A stretch of 64,000 bases of DNA from Leidyana gryllorum EB-2025a (Eukaryota > Protista > Apicomplexa), in the NCBI GenBank assembly GCA_048772705.1, contig JBLWGC010000230.1:806001-870000 (forward strand), given 5' to 3'. How positions within the stretch are numbered: position 1 is the stretch's first letter; each line of letters opens with the position of its first letter. Shown piece after piece: positions 63,896-64,000 of the stretch. The notes beneath the pieces are model-generated. The model saw only the letters and a program-made list of their open reading frames with translations, did no database searches and was not told where the DNA came from. The position numbers and the translations under genes are program-made.

Positions 63896-64000
63896 TGTGA
63901 GCGGCAGAGTCAATTCTATCCCTTGCCTTTTTCGTCGACGAGATCCTAGCTTTTTTCCTGCACCTCCAGTCAGAGATGTCTTCCAACTTGTGGGTTGAAC

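Overview
Eukaryotic, intron-rich (mostly short GT-AG introns, roughly 35-110 nt) and extremely gene-dense genomic DNA from a myzozoan alveolate. It could be Perkinsus-like or an early-branching apicomplexan; this is judged from the alveolate-type ATG8, calmodulin and MORN proteins, and the species cannot be determined. About 30 protein-coding genes can be spliced by eye: CK1, an ArfGAP-like FG/NPF protein, three tandem MORN paralogues, a secreted Gly-repeat protein, a NAA60-like GNAT, RPS24, calmodulin, a CaM-like EF-hand protein, TOM40, a Virilizer homologue, SPO11, METTL3, a VanZ-like protein, PPIL1, GCNA, an MscS-like channel, SEC24, ATG8, a metallophosphoesterase, an EEP/sphingomyelinase-like enzyme, a SUN-domain protein, MRS2 and several hypotheticals. 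The highlight is a co-oriented block, Virilizer -7 nt- SPO11 -1 nt- METTL3, in which two m6A-writer subunits sandwich the meiotic DSB enzyme. GCNA, a germline DNA-protein-crosslink protease, starts about 2.3 kb past METTL3, so the region is a candidate meiosis/m6A gene cluster. No rRNA, tRNA, transposon or CRISPR could be supported. Exon boundaries were inferred manually and are approximate.
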